From an uncultured Pseudomonadales bacterium (lineage in GTDB: Bacteria > Patescibacteriota > Microgenomatia > UBA1400 > UBA1396): 64,000 bases of DNA. Below the pieces are notes generated by a model that worked only from the letters and a program-made list of their open reading frames with translations, did no database searches and was not told where the DNA came from. The stretch lies in contig CAZEEI010000002.1 in NCBI GenBank assembly GCA_964511175.1, positions 66,063 to 130,062 of the forward strand, given 5' to 3'. Position numbers and translations under genes: made by a program. Positions 18,895 to 28,618 of the stretch are shown piece after piece. Each line of letters starts with the position of its first letter. The first letter of the stretch is position 1.

Positions 18895-19881
18895 ATGAGC
18901 GAAGGGATCTTTGACCGGGTTCTCTTAACCGGTGGTGGTGGTTTTATCGGTTCTAACCTTTTGGGGGAAATTCGCCGCCGGTATTCTGGCAGCCACGTGA
19001 CCGTAATCGATAATTGGCTGACTGGCCGGCCGGAAAACCTGGAACCATGGCGAACCGATCCACAAGTTGAGTTAATTGAACATGATTTAACTGACGCGGT
19101 GTGGTTAACTTCCTGGTTGAACCAGTCAACTGAGCAGCCCTTTACGCTCATTCTCCATTTTGCTTCGCCCGCCAGTCCGCCCCGCTATCGGGTTGAACCG
19201 ATTCGCACTTATTTAGTCAATACTCTCGCCACACATCAGTTATGCCAGTACGCTTGGTCGGCTGGCGCGCGCCTCCTCTTTGCTTCTACTTCCGAAGTTT
19301 ACGGTGATCCGCTAATTCATCCCCAAGCTGAATCTTATTGGGGCAATGTTAATCCCAATGGACCACGCTCCTGTTATGATGAGGCAAAACGCCTGGGTGA
19401 AACTATTTGTGGCGTGCACTACCGCGATTTTGGTGTTGATACCCGTATTGTTCGCATTTTTAACACCTATGGCCCCAATATGGATCCCTATGATGGGCGA
19501 GTCATTCCCGATTTTTGCCTAAATGCTTTACAAGGCCAGCCGCTGGCGGTATTTGGTGACGGGCAGCAGACTCGCTCTTTTTGCTACATCGACGATTTGG
19601 TAGCAGGGATTTTAGCCTTCGCACAGCGTGAGGGTTTGGCTGGGGAGACGATTAATTTGGGCAACACACACGAATTTACCATCCAAGAATTAGCGGCCGA
19701 ATTAGAAAAAATTATTGGACATGAGCTCGAAAGAGAACGTTGTCCTCTACCCACCGATGATCCCCAACGCCGTCGGCCGCAAATTACTAAAGCTCAACAG
19801 TTATTGGGCTGGGAGCCGCAAATTGACCTTGCTACTGGTTTACGTCGCACTTACCGTTACTTTGCTGGACTATTGGCATGA
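18895..19881 (+). CDS. UDP-glucuronate decarboxylase (UDP-xylose synthase)-like SDR
   Basis: GGGGFIG, HFASPASP, ASTSEVYGDP, YWGNVNPNGPRSCYDEAKR, DDPQRRRP. Confidence 0.92.
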   Translation: MSEGIFDRVLLTGGGGFIGSNLLGEIRRRYSGSHVTVIDNWLTGRPENLEPWRTDPQVELIEHDLTDAVWLTSWLNQSTEQPFTLILHFASPASPPRYRVEPIRTYLVNTLATHQLCQYAWSAGARLLFASTSEVYGDPLIHPQAESYWGNVNPNGPRSCYDEAKRLGETICGVHYRDFGVDTRIVRIFNTYGPNMDPYDGRVIPDFCLNALQGQPLAVFGDGQQTRSFCYIDDLVAGILAFAQREGLAGETINLGNTHEFTIQELAAELEKIIGHELERERCPLPTDDPQRRRPQITKAQQLLGWEPQIDLATGLRRTYRYFAGLLA

Positions 19882-21335
19882 AGAAGTTAACCGACAGTCG
19901 TTTTACTTACGGGGTAGGAGTATTACTGCTCGTAGCTTTGGTATTACGTTGGCCTTTTCTGTCGGGGTCATTTTGGTTAGATGAGGCCGCCCAAGCTTTA
20001 GAAAGCGCCCGCCCGCTGGCGCAGCAGTTGGCAATTAGTGCTGATTTTCAACCGCCTTTGTTTCATTTAGTGGTTTATGTTTTAGCGCGTTTTTCTCACC
20101 AAGAGTGGTGGTTGCGCTTAGCCTCGCTTGCGCCAGGTCTGTTAAGCATTGTTTGGACAGTTCGTTTGGCCCGTCGCCGCCTGGATAATGAATCAGCTTT
20201 GGTGGCTGGGGCAGTCTTAACCTTTTCTGCCCTGCATATTTTTTTCTCACAGGAACTACGGCCCTACTCCTTGGCAGTTTGGTGGGCGGTGGCCTCTTGG
20301 GATGCCCTAGACCGCCGCCGTTGGCGTTGCTTGGCCTTAACTACCGCGGCCGGACTATATACTTCCTATGTTTTTATTTTTTGGCCATTGGCTCTGTTGG
20401 TACTAGCAGTACTGCAGCGTTCCTGGCGGATCGCGTGGCGTTCTTTGGCGGTAAGCGGTATCTTTTTTTTGGCCTGGTACCCCTTTTTGCGCGCCCAGCT
20501 GGCGGCTGGGGCAGCGCTGCGCCAAAGTTTACCTGGCTGGGAGCAGGTGGTTTCTTTGCCGCAAGCTAAAGCGCTATTGCTCACCATTACTAAGTTTTTG
20601 GTGGGTCCCATGCTGGTTGATTTCACCTGGCTCTACCTTGTAGTCATAGGTGGTACGGTAGCAGGGGGTGGTTTAGTCTTAGTTTGGCTTTGGTGCCGCG
20701 GCACGACTGCATCTCGGCAGAAATGGTTGGAATTAAATCTAGTTTTAATTTTGCCTTTGTTGGCCGCCTGGTTGTTTTCCTTTTTGGTGCCGGTGGTACA
20801 GCCCAAACGTGTGCTTTTTCTTTACCCGGCCTTAGCACTGTTACTGGCTCATTTTTGGTTCAGTCGGCACTGGGCGGCGCGTTGGTTAGTAGCTGTTTTC
20901 TTTGTCTGGCAAATGGTCGCCATTGGGGGTTATTGGTTGCAACCAGCTTGGCAGCGTGAAAATTGGCGATCGGCCATCACCACGATCGAAGATAATTTTT
21001 CGACTGCCAACACAGCGATTATTTTTAGTTTTAATGCCCCTTTTGCTCCCTGGGATTGGTATTCGCGAGAGGAGTTTACTACCTATCAAACTGGCCTAGC
21101 CCCATTGCAGAGTTTAGCCGAACTCGACAGTAAGCTGGTTGGTATGGAACGCTACCGCTACGTGATCGTGTTCGATTATTTGCGTGACCTAACCGATCCC
21201 TACCGCCTAATTGATGCTTATCTCCAACAAAAGGAATACCGTGAACTTGGTAGTTATACTTATGCTAATCTGGGTGTAATCCGGGTATGGGAACAAAGTA
21301 AGCTGTATGCAGGAATTAGCCATGAACCGTCTTGA
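19878..21335 (+). CDS. GT-C (PMT/ArnT-like) membrane glycosyltransferase
   Basis: SFWLDEA, PPLF, FSQELRPYSL; polytopic. Confidence 0.85.
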   Translation: MKKLTDSRFTYGVGVLLLVALVLRWPFLSGSFWLDEAAQALESARPLAQQLAISADFQPPLFHLVVYVLARFSHQEWWLRLASLAPGLLSIVWTVRLARRRLDNESALVAGAVLTFSALHIFFSQELRPYSLAVWWAVASWDALDRRRWRCLALTTAAGLYTSYVFIFWPLALLVLAVLQRSWRIAWRSLAVSGIFFLAWYPFLRAQLAAGAALRQSLPGWEQVVSLPQAKALLLTITKFLVGPMLVDFTWLYLVVIGGTVAGGGLVLVWLWCRGTTASRQKWLELNLVLILPLLAAWLFSFLVPVVQPKRVLFLYPALALLLAHFWFSRHWAARWLVAVFFVWQMVAIGGYWLQPAWQRENWRSAITTIEDNFSTANTAIIFSFNAPFAPWDWYSREEFTTYQTGLAPLQSLAELDSKLVGMERYRYVIVFDYLRDLTDPYRLIDAYLQQKEYRELGSYTYANLGVIRVWEQSKLYAGISHEPS

Positions 21336-22440
21336 CCAAGTTAAGGTTTTAATCGATGTTTCAGCCCTACCATATGGACGGGGGGTGTCGCGCTATACCA
21401 GCAATCTGGTTCAGTCTTTGGCCGCACGACCAGATATTAAACTCAGTCTTTTTGGCACAGCTTACCAACATTACCAAGAGTTGGCGCAGTGGTCTGACCA
21501 GTTTGGTGCAGATGTAACCAAACATATTTGGCGGTGTCCGCCGCGGGTCTTACAGGCCAGTTGGCGACTAGCCGGTGTTCCCAAGATAGAGTGGATTGAT
21601 GCCGCAACCGAAGTTTTTCACGCCTGGGATTGGCAGTTAGCACCACTAGGTCGTGTCCCACAGGTAGTAACGATTCACGATTTAGCCTACAAGCTTTTTC
21701 CGGAAACAGCTCACACGGCAGTTAGACAGCAGTATGATCGCTTACTACATACACTCGAGCAGTATACTGATCTGCAGATTATTGCGGTATCCCACGCCAC
21801 CAAAGCTGACATTGTTAACTTAACTGCCATCAGCCCGGAACGTATCCATGTTGTCTATGAAGCCTTGCCGGAGGAAGCTCGTTATGTCCCCTCGGAAGAA
21901 GAACGTAGTGCGGTTTTAGTGCAAAAGAATCTCCATCGTCCTTTCCTGTTAACCGTTGGCACCACCGAACCCCGTAAGAACTTAAGACGGGTCATTGAAG
22001 CTTGGCAGCGGTTACGTGATCGCTTTGATTTAGTTATTGCCGGTGCGGCCGGTTGGGAGGTGCTTGCGCCTGAACCAGGCATCCACTTTTTGGGATATGT
22101 TTCGCCAGAGGAATTAGCTAGCCTCTACCGCAGTGCTCATGCTTTGGTTTATGTCTCCCTGTATGAAGGTTTTGGTTTGCCGATCTTAGAAGCTTATTTT
22201 CACCGTTGTCCGGTGGTGAGTTCCAATGTGTCCAGTATGGCGGAAATTGCTGGTTCGCCAGCCATTTTAGTTGATCCTTATAATGTGGAAATGATTGCTG
22301 AGGCCTGCTTAGCTATTGAAGATGCCGATAGTGCGGCGCGTAAACGTCGTATTAAGGATATGGATTTGGTGCTTCAGAATTTTTCTTGGACTCGGGCGGC
22401 TGAGGATACGGTTAATGTATATCAGATTACTCGAAGGTGA
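21322..22440 (+). CDS. glycosyltransferase family 4
   Basis: GVSRY, TIHDL, EPRKN, YEGFGLPILEA. Confidence 0.93.
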   Translation: MNRLDQVKVLIDVSALPYGRGVSRYTSNLVQSLAARPDIKLSLFGTAYQHYQELAQWSDQFGADVTKHIWRCPPRVLQASWRLAGVPKIEWIDAATEVFHAWDWQLAPLGRVPQVVTIHDLAYKLFPETAHTAVRQQYDRLLHTLEQYTDLQIIAVSHATKADIVNLTAISPERIHVVYEALPEEARYVPSEEERSAVLVQKNLHRPFLLTVGTTEPRKNLRRVIEAWQRLRDRFDLVIAGAAGWEVLAPEPGIHFLGYVSPEELASLYRSAHALVYVSLYEGFGLPILEAYFHRCPVVSSNVSSMAEIAGSPAILVDPYNVEMIAEACLAIEDADSAARKRRIKDMDLVLQNFSWTRAAEDTVNVYQITRR

Positions 22441-23585
22441 AAAATATGAAAATATATCGATTAGGCATTGACGGCAATGAGGCTAACGTTATTAACCGGG
22501 TAGGTAGCAATGTTTTTGCTTGGGAGTTACTGCAGGCTTTATATCGTTATTGGGCTAAAACTCAGAATTGGGCAGTAACCATTTATTTAAGTACCCCGCC
22601 AGTCAATGGTTGGCCGCAACCAACTAGTTGGTGGCGGTACCGAGTGATTCCGCCAGCTAAGTTATGGACTCAGTGGCGATTACCGTTGGAGTTATACCAG
22701 CATTGTCAGCTTGATCTTTTTTTCTCGCCTGGACATTACCTGCCGCGCTGGTCACCTGTACCCACTGTACCCACGATTATGGATTTAGCTTTTGAGTACT
22801 ATCCTACTTATTTCCGTCAAGCGGATTATTTACAGTTACACAACTGGACACGTCGTAGTGTAGAGCAAGCGCGGCACATTTTTGCCATCTCCGAATCAAC
22901 GCGTCAGGATATCAGTCAGCACTATGGTCGGCGCAAAAGCGACATTACGGTAATTTACCCGGCAGTGAAAAGTATGAAAAAACTAAATGCCGCTGAAGTA
23001 AAACAGTCTTTGGCCAAACTAAAACTCGAACCCCCTTATTTGTTATACGTTGGCACTTTGCAGCCGCGCAAAAATATTGAACGCCTAATTGGCGCTTTTG
23101 AACAATTGGCTCAAAAAAATTGGCCAGGATCTTTGGTTTTGGCTGGCAAAAATGGTTGGTTGAGTGAACCAATTCAGGCTAGGATTGCCGCTTCGCCCTA
23201 CCGCGAACGCATTCGGCAAACTGGTTTTGTTGACGAAATAACCAAAAGAGCCTTAATTCAGGGAGCAGAGTGTAGTGTACTGGTTAGTTTGTATGAAGGT
23301 TTCGGCATCCCACCTTTGGAGTCAATTCAACTGGGCACCATTCCGGTAGTGAGCAGTAATTCTTCTTTGCCCGAAGTAGTGGGGACGGGCGGCTCCTTTG
23401 TGGATCCGTTGGTGGAAAGCGATATTGCCCGTGGTTTGGAAGAGGTGATTAATCTAGATCATAACGAACGTGATAAACGTTTAGGACAGATGCTGGCTCA
23501 TACCTCCCAGTTTTCTTGGGAAGCCAGTGCTCAACGGGCCGATGCGGTGCTGTTAAGTCTGGTCAGCGGCACGCATGTACTATGA
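22437..23585 (+). CDS. glycosyltransferase family 4
   Basis: IGIDGNEAN-like start, GTLQPRKN, YEGFGIPPLE. Confidence 0.93.
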   Translation: MKNMKIYRLGIDGNEANVINRVGSNVFAWELLQALYRYWAKTQNWAVTIYLSTPPVNGWPQPTSWWRYRVIPPAKLWTQWRLPLELYQHCQLDLFFSPGHYLPRWSPVPTVPTIMDLAFEYYPTYFRQADYLQLHNWTRRSVEQARHIFAISESTRQDISQHYGRRKSDITVIYPAVKSMKKLNAAEVKQSLAKLKLEPPYLLYVGTLQPRKNIERLIGAFEQLAQKNWPGSLVLAGKNGWLSEPIQARIAASPYRERIRQTGFVDEITKRALIQGAECSVLVSLYEGFGIPPLESIQLGTIPVVSSNSSLPEVVGTGGSFVDPLVESDIARGLEEVINLDHNERDKRLGQMLAHTSQFSWEASAQRADAVLLSLVSGTHVL

Positions 23586-24067
23586 AAGTAATTGGTATTG
23601 ACCCAGGCTATGACCGTTGTGGCTGGGCAGTGGTTGAGCAATCAGGTAATCGCTACCAAGCTCTTGATTGCGGTTGTTGGCAAACCAATCGTCAGGACGA
23701 CAAATGGCATCGTTATGACCAACTACGAATTGCTTTTGCCAAATTAATTGATCAATACCAGCCGGAGGTGATGGCGATTGAATCACTTTATTTTTCGCGT
23801 AACGTCTCTACCGCTTTGCCGGTGAGTGAAGTACGCGGCCTTCTATTTGGTTTAGCTCTAGCCGCCCAGATACCGATCGTTGAGTACACGCCAGCCACGG
23901 TAAAATTAGCGGTCACCGGCTATGGTCGGGCGGATAAGACGCAAGTGACTAAAATGGTGATTTTGTTACTCAAACTTGCCAAAACTCCCTTGATTGACGA
24001 TACTGGGGATGCTCTGGCGGTAGCCCTAACCCATTTGTTACAGCACCGTCCTGACCAAAAGTTATGA
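23582..24067 (+). CDS. ruvC: Holliday junction resolvase RuvC
   Basis: IGIDPG, AIESLYF, VKLAVTGYGRADK, DDTGDALAVA. Confidence 0.96.
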   Translation: MKVIGIDPGYDRCGWAVVEQSGNRYQALDCGCWQTNRQDDKWHRYDQLRIAFAKLIDQYQPEVMAIESLYFSRNVSTALPVSEVRGLLFGLALAAQIPIVEYTPATVKLAVTGYGRADKTQVTKMVILLLKLAKTPLIDDTGDALAVALTHLLQHRPDQKL

Positions 24068-24639
24068 TTCGCTTACTAACCGGCACCATTGTTGAAACCT
24101 TCGGCGAAGGGATAATTCTGGATGTGCAGGGAGTGGGGTACGAGATTTGGCTTGGCCCCCAGGCACGGCAACAGTTACTGGTTGGTCAGACAGCATCACT
24201 GCCGATTTATTGCCACGTGCGGCAAGACGTTCTGCAGCTGTTTGGTTTTTTGGATACCGATCAGCGACAGTTATTCACCCAATTACTGGCAGTAAGCGGC
24301 GTTGGTCCCAAATCCGCCTTGCAGATTACCGATCGGGGCGGCGAGGCGGTGCGGCAGGCTCTACGCGCCTCCAATGTGGCCTTTTTCCAAAGCATTCCGC
24401 GCTTGGGTAAAAAGACGGCTCAGAAGATCATTGTGGAATTGCAGTCTAAATTTGGTGCTACTACCGAGTGGTCTTTACCACCTATCGATTCAATTCAGTA
24501 TGATGTGCGGGAAGCGTTGCTGGGATTGGGCTATAGTGAAGCGGCAATTCAGGCGGTCCTACCTCAACTGGAACAAGATTGGCCGCTGGCGCAAGCGATT
24601 AAGTTTGCCCTCAAGCAACTAGGGAGTAAGCATGGATAA
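24064..24639 (+). CDS. ruvA: Holliday junction branch migration protein RuvA
   Basis: GVGYEI, LFGF, VSGVGPK, LGKKTAQKIIVEL, ALLGLGY. Confidence 0.96.
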   Translation: MIRLLTGTIVETFGEGIILDVQGVGYEIWLGPQARQQLLVGQTASLPIYCHVRQDVLQLFGFLDTDQRQLFTQLLAVSGVGPKSALQITDRGGEAVRQALRASNVAFFQSIPRLGKKTAQKIIVELQSKFGATTEWSLPPIDSIQYDVREALLGLGYSEAAIQAVLPQLEQDWPLAQAIKFALKQLGSKHG

Positions 24640-25588
24640 GTTACTGGTTAGCGGTGTAACACCGGAAGAGGAACGGCTATTTACCTCTTTGCGGGCGGCC
24701 GCGTGGGATGAGTTTCAGGGGCAAATTAAAGTTAAGGAAGCGCTACAGGTTGCCGTCGCGGCCGCCCGCCAACGCCAGGAAGCTTTAGAACACACCTTGT
24801 TTTACGGTCCGCCGGGATTAGGTAAAACGACGTTGTCGCACCTCATCGCTCAGGAGATGAAAGGCAATTTGCGTACGGCAACCGGTACCAGTCTCACCAA
24901 GATCGGTGACTTGGCGGCCATTCTAACCAACCTGGAGCCGTACGACATTTTATTTATCGATGAAATCCACCGCCTACCCCAAGCGATTGAAGAGACGCTT
25001 TATCCAGCCATGGAAGATTTTGTATTGGATATTGTGCTGGGCAAAGGACCGGCGGCGCGGGTGGTACGTATCGATTTACCACCGTTTACCTTAGTGGGAG
25101 CGACGACGCGTTTTGGTGCTTTATCCGGTCCATTCCGCGACCGCTTTGGCATGGTGCACCGCGTGACTTACTATGAACCAAGCGATCTAGCCAGTATTAT
25201 TCGTCAGGCAGCCGCTAAGTTGAAGATTAAAATTAACGAACCGGAAAGCCGTTTATTGGCTCAGCGTTCGCGTGGTACACCGCGGATTGCCCTGCGTTTG
25301 CTCAAACGGGTGCGGGACGTAATGCAGTTGGCTGGCAAGGATACCATCGATCAACAGCACATCAACGAAGCGTTGCGCCTGCAACAAGTCGACGCCGAAG
25401 GATTGGACGAACCTGATCGGCGCTATCTACAAGTGTTAACTAAACAGTTTGGCGGTGGTCCAGTCGGTTTGCAAACCATGGCGGCCGCACTATCGGAAGA
25501 TACTGGTACTTTGGAGGAAGTGATTGAACCCTACTTAATGCAGATTGGTAAGATTAAGCGGACCGCGCGCGGCCGTATGTTAATATAG
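24632..25588 (+). CDS. ruvB: Holliday junction helicase RuvB
   Basis: GPPGLGKTT, FIDEIHRL, GATTR, RGTPRIA, EPYLMQ. Confidence 0.97.
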   Translation: MDKLLVSGVTPEEERLFTSLRAAAWDEFQGQIKVKEALQVAVAAARQRQEALEHTLFYGPPGLGKTTLSHLIAQEMKGNLRTATGTSLTKIGDLAAILTNLEPYDILFIDEIHRLPQAIEETLYPAMEDFVLDIVLGKGPAARVVRIDLPPFTLVGATTRFGALSGPFRDRFGMVHRVTYYEPSDLASIIRQAAAKLKIKINEPESRLLAQRSRGTPRIALRLLKRVRDVMQLAGKDTIDQQHINEALRLQQVDAEGLDEPDRRYLQVLTKQFGGGPVGLQTMAAALSEDTGTLEEVIEPYLMQIGKIKRTARGRMLI

Positions 25589-25634
25589 GGGCCAATATCA
25601 CCTTTAGCCGAAGAGGTGGTACGATAAAGCAAAT

Positions 25635-26240
25635 ATGTCCTCACCTTTTCATGACCGCATGGGTCAATCCCTATCTTGGAGTCAAGCCGTCCGCAAAATT
25701 CTACGCCGCTGGTGGTCTTATTTGGAAGATTTAGAACTACTGTGGTTGTCGCTGGTAGCGGTAGTGCCGCTCCATTGGTTCCGCCGTTTGTTCTTTCGTC
25801 TCTCGGGAGTGAAAATCGGGAAAAACAGTACCATTCACATTGGTGCCCGCTTTTACGCGCCGCGCGGAGTGCGTATTGGTGAGGGGACTCTGGTGGGCGA
25901 CCACGTGGTTTTAGACGGTCGGGCGCCGCTGCAAATTGGTAATCACGTTGATATTGCTTCAGAGGTGATGATTTACAACGGTGAGCACAATATCCAAGCG
26001 GAAGATTTCCGGCCGGTTGAAGCGCCGGTTACGATTGGTGATTACGTGTTTATCGGGCCACGAGCCATTGTTTTGCCAGGGGTGAAAGTCGGCCGCGGGG
26101 CAGTTGTGGCGGCGGGTGCGGTAGTTACCAAGGATGTGCCGGAACAGGCGATGGTGGGTGGTGTGCCGGCTAAAGTTATCGGCGAACGGTCTTTGACCGA
26201 TTTTCACTACCGCCTCGGGCGGCCGCGACTGTTTCAGTAA
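25635..26240 (+). CDS. hexapeptide-repeat O-acyltransferase
   Basis: LbH repeats; [15 protein letters not shown]...GGVPAKVI. Confidence 0.92.
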   Translation: MSSPFHDRMGQSLSWSQAVRKILRRWWSYLEDLELLWLSLVAVVPLHWFRRLFFRLSGVKIGKNSTIHIGARFYAPRGVRIGEGTLVGDHVVLDGRAPLQIGNHVDIASEVMIYNGEHNIQAEDFRPVEAPVTIGDYVFIGPRAIVLPGVKVGRGAVVAAGAVVTKDVPEQAMVGGVPAKVIGERSLTDFHYRLGRPRLFQ

Positions 26241-26973
26241 AATTTTTACCTGGGTAGAACGCGCAGAGATTCCAGCTACGGCTTTCGTCAGTCATAAATA
26301 AAGTTGCTTCATTTAGTTGAGATGTCGTAATTTGACGTAATAAATCTTTGGCGATGGAGTCTGATGGATCGCTTAAATCAATCCAACCACGTCGACTTTG
26401 TTTAACATGAAAAAGGTGTCCGATAAGACCTTCTTCAGTAGTAAAACACAGAGCCAGAGTAGTTTGCCAACCACGGTGCTGATAATCGGCAACTTGGTCT
26501 AGGGTAGCCCGTTGAAAACAAAGTGCTGCATCGGCTGGTAATAAATTCTGTTTTTGCAAAGAAGATAATTCTTGCCGATATAAATACTGAGCCAATTTGT
26601 TTTCATAGCGAATAGCAGCTGACAAAATTTTAGGAGCTCGGGTTAGTTCATGAAAGAGGAAAGCACCCGGAGATAAATAAGCAACGGCTATTTGTTTTTT
26701 ACGTAGATGGTCGTGCTGTAAACGGTTAGTGGCGACTATTTGTTGTTGACGCTGCCGCCGCATTGATTGGGGCGGGTAGAGGTTCAGCGGCAATCCAGCC
26801 TGTTTGAGCATAGAGCGCCAGGCACGAACCACGCAAAGTCCAGATTGACCTTCGCGGGCTTGTTGCATTTCTGCCAGGCCCTGTTCAATTAAAGCTAGAG
26901 TTTCAGAATTATGGGCTTTAGACACAGTGCTTATTTTAACACCATCTTCGCCTTTTCTTAGTGTTGCTATCAC
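26176..26973 (-). CDS. orphan protein, possible papain/C39-like cysteine peptidase (start uncertain)
   Basis: [20 protein letters not shown] in triad-like order. Confidence 0.5.
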   Translation of the reverse strand: MIATLRKGEDGVKISTVSKAHNSETLALIEQGLAEMQQAREGQSGLCVVRAWRSMLKQAGLPLNLYPPQSMRRQRQQQIVATNRLQHDHLRKKQIAVAYLSPGAFLFHELTRAPKILSAAIRYENKLAQYLYRQELSSLQKQNLLPADAALCFQRATLDQVADYQHRGWQTTLALCFTTEEGLIGHLFHVKQSRRGWIDLSDPSDSIAKDLLRQITTSQLNEATLFMTDESRSWNLCAFYPGKNFTETVAAARGGSENRSKTVRR

Positions 26974-27038
26974 GCCTTTTTGCGTTTATAACTATCAATA
27001 GGGAGAAAAAGGAAAAAAGTCCTAGAATAAAATACGAG

Positions 27039-27479
27039 ATGTTAATCGGCAAATCCTACCACCTACTTGATTCGCAGCGGCGGGTGACTATTCCCAAAAA
27101 CCTGCGTGGTGAACTAGGATCACAGCCTATTTTGACGCGCGGCCTGGATGGGGGTATTTTCCTTTTGCCGGAAGTTTTTTGGTTCACCCTAGTTAACAAC
27201 CTTGAAAATCAAACCTTTACCAAAAAGAAAGCGCGTGACTTTTTGCGCTTGATGAGCAACGACGCTTACCCGGTGGAGCCGGATCGATTAGGGCGCATCA
27301 CGATTGCCGAATCACTGGCTACTCTGGCCGGTTTACGTAAAGAAGTGGTGGTAGTCGGTTCCCTGCAGTATGCCGAAATCTGGGATCGGGATAAATACCA
27401 TCAGTATTTAGACTCATTGTCCGGTGAAACGGAGAACATCGCCGAGTCGCTGGAGTGGGGAGAGACTTATGCATGTTAG
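27039..27479 (+). CDS. mraZ: transcriptional regulator MraZ
   Basis: DSQRRVTIP and DRLGRITI repeats, TRGLDG, EIWD; first gene of dcw cluster. Confidence 0.93.
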   Translation: MLIGKSYHLLDSQRRVTIPKNLRGELGSQPILTRGLDGGIFLLPEVFWFTLVNNLENQTFTKKKARDFLRLMSNDAYPVEPDRLGRITIAESLATLAGLRKEVVVVGSLQYAEIWDRDKYHQYLDSLSGETENIAESLEWGETYAC

Positions 27480-28350
27480 TGTCTTAACCAAAGAGGCCGT
27501 AGATGCCTTGCAAGTCCAATCCGGACAGTGGTACTTAGATGGTACTTTCGGCCGAGGTGGACATACCCGTCATATTTTGGCAGCTGGTGGCAAGGTAATT
27601 GCCTTTGACGTTGATAGCGACGCGATCGCCTACGGTCAAACCGAATTAGCAACCGAGATTAAAGCCAAGCAATTAGTATTGGTCAATAGTAATTTTGCTA
27701 ATTTGAGCCGAGAACTATTCGGCCTAGGGCGCGAACAACACTCGTTGTCCGGAGCCATTTTTGATCTAGGCATGAGCTCCAATCAACTGGAGGAGTCGGG
27801 CCGCGGCTTTAGTTTTCAAAAAGATGAGCCACTCGATATGCGCATGAGTACCGAATTGGGCGTTACTGCTGCCGATTTGGTTAATGCTCTGCCGGAAAAG
27901 CATTTGAAAAATCTGTTTTGGGAGAATGCCCAAGAGAGTTTTGCCAGCGCTATTGCCCGAGCAATTGTGGAACAGCGTCAAAAACAGCCCTTCCACACTA
28001 CCACGGAATTAGCTGATCTTATTACCAAAGTTAAGCGCGGCCGCCAGGGATCACATCTACACCCGGCGACCAAAGTGTTCCAGGCGCTACGAATCGCCGT
28101 TAACATGGAACTAGATAATTTAACCGTTTTGCTGGATCAGGTACGCAACTGGCTTAAGCCGCACGGACGGTTGGTGATTATTTCCTTTCACGAAGGTGAA
28201 GACCGCCTGGTCAAACAGCGTTTCCAAACTTGGGAGGAAATGGGACGCGGTACTCAGATTACCGCTAAACCTATGGTTCCCAGTGAAGCGGAGTTGCAGG
28301 CCAACCCGCGTAGCCGCAGTGCCAAATTACGCGTATTGGAGGTAAAGTGA
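27469..28350 (+). CDS. rsmH: 16S rRNA m4C1402 methyltransferase RsmH
   Basis: DGTFGRGGHT, DLGMSSNQL, RGFSF, PLDMRM, NPRSRSAKLR. Confidence 0.97.
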   Translation: MHVSVLTKEAVDALQVQSGQWYLDGTFGRGGHTRHILAAGGKVIAFDVDSDAIAYGQTELATEIKAKQLVLVNSNFANLSRELFGLGREQHSLSGAIFDLGMSSNQLEESGRGFSFQKDEPLDMRMSTELGVTAADLVNALPEKHLKNLFWENAQESFASAIARAIVEQRQKQPFHTTTELADLITKVKRGRQGSHLHPATKVFQALRIAVNMELDNLTVLLDQVRNWLKPHGRLVIISFHEGEDRLVKQRFQTWEEMGRGTQITAKPMVPSEAELQANPRSRSAKLRVLEVK

Positions 28351-28616
28351 TCGGCAAAGTTGGCGGCGGCATCGTCCTGTTTACCCTTCTAATTGGAGCA
28401 GTTTTGGCGGCCGGCAGTACCGTGCACGCTTCCTATTTTTCCGCTCAGCTGGCGCGGCGGGAGCAAGCGGCGCTAGCCAAACAACGTCTCCTGCGCGAAG
28501 AATTAGCCCAAGCCCAATCCTTGCAGGAAGTGGTACGCTATGCCGCAGCGAATGGTTTAGAGCGTACTGAGGTTTTGGCTTCGCTCGACCTCAGTGCGTC
28601 GTTGGCCCAACGCTAG
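28347..28616 (+). CDS. FtsL-like cell division protein
   Basis: TM plus short coiled coil; position between rsmH and ftsI. Confidence 0.6.
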   Translation: MIGKVGGGIVLFTLLIGAVLAAGSTVHASYFSAQLARREQAALAKQRLLREELAQAQSLQEVVRYAAANGLERTEVLASLDLSASLAQR

Positions 28617-28618
28617 TT

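Noticed and set aside
26995-27025. MraZ binding boxes upstream of mraZ
   Set aside because: Only a purine-rich tract with weak 10-bp GG periodicity; no clear GTGG or TGGG repeats
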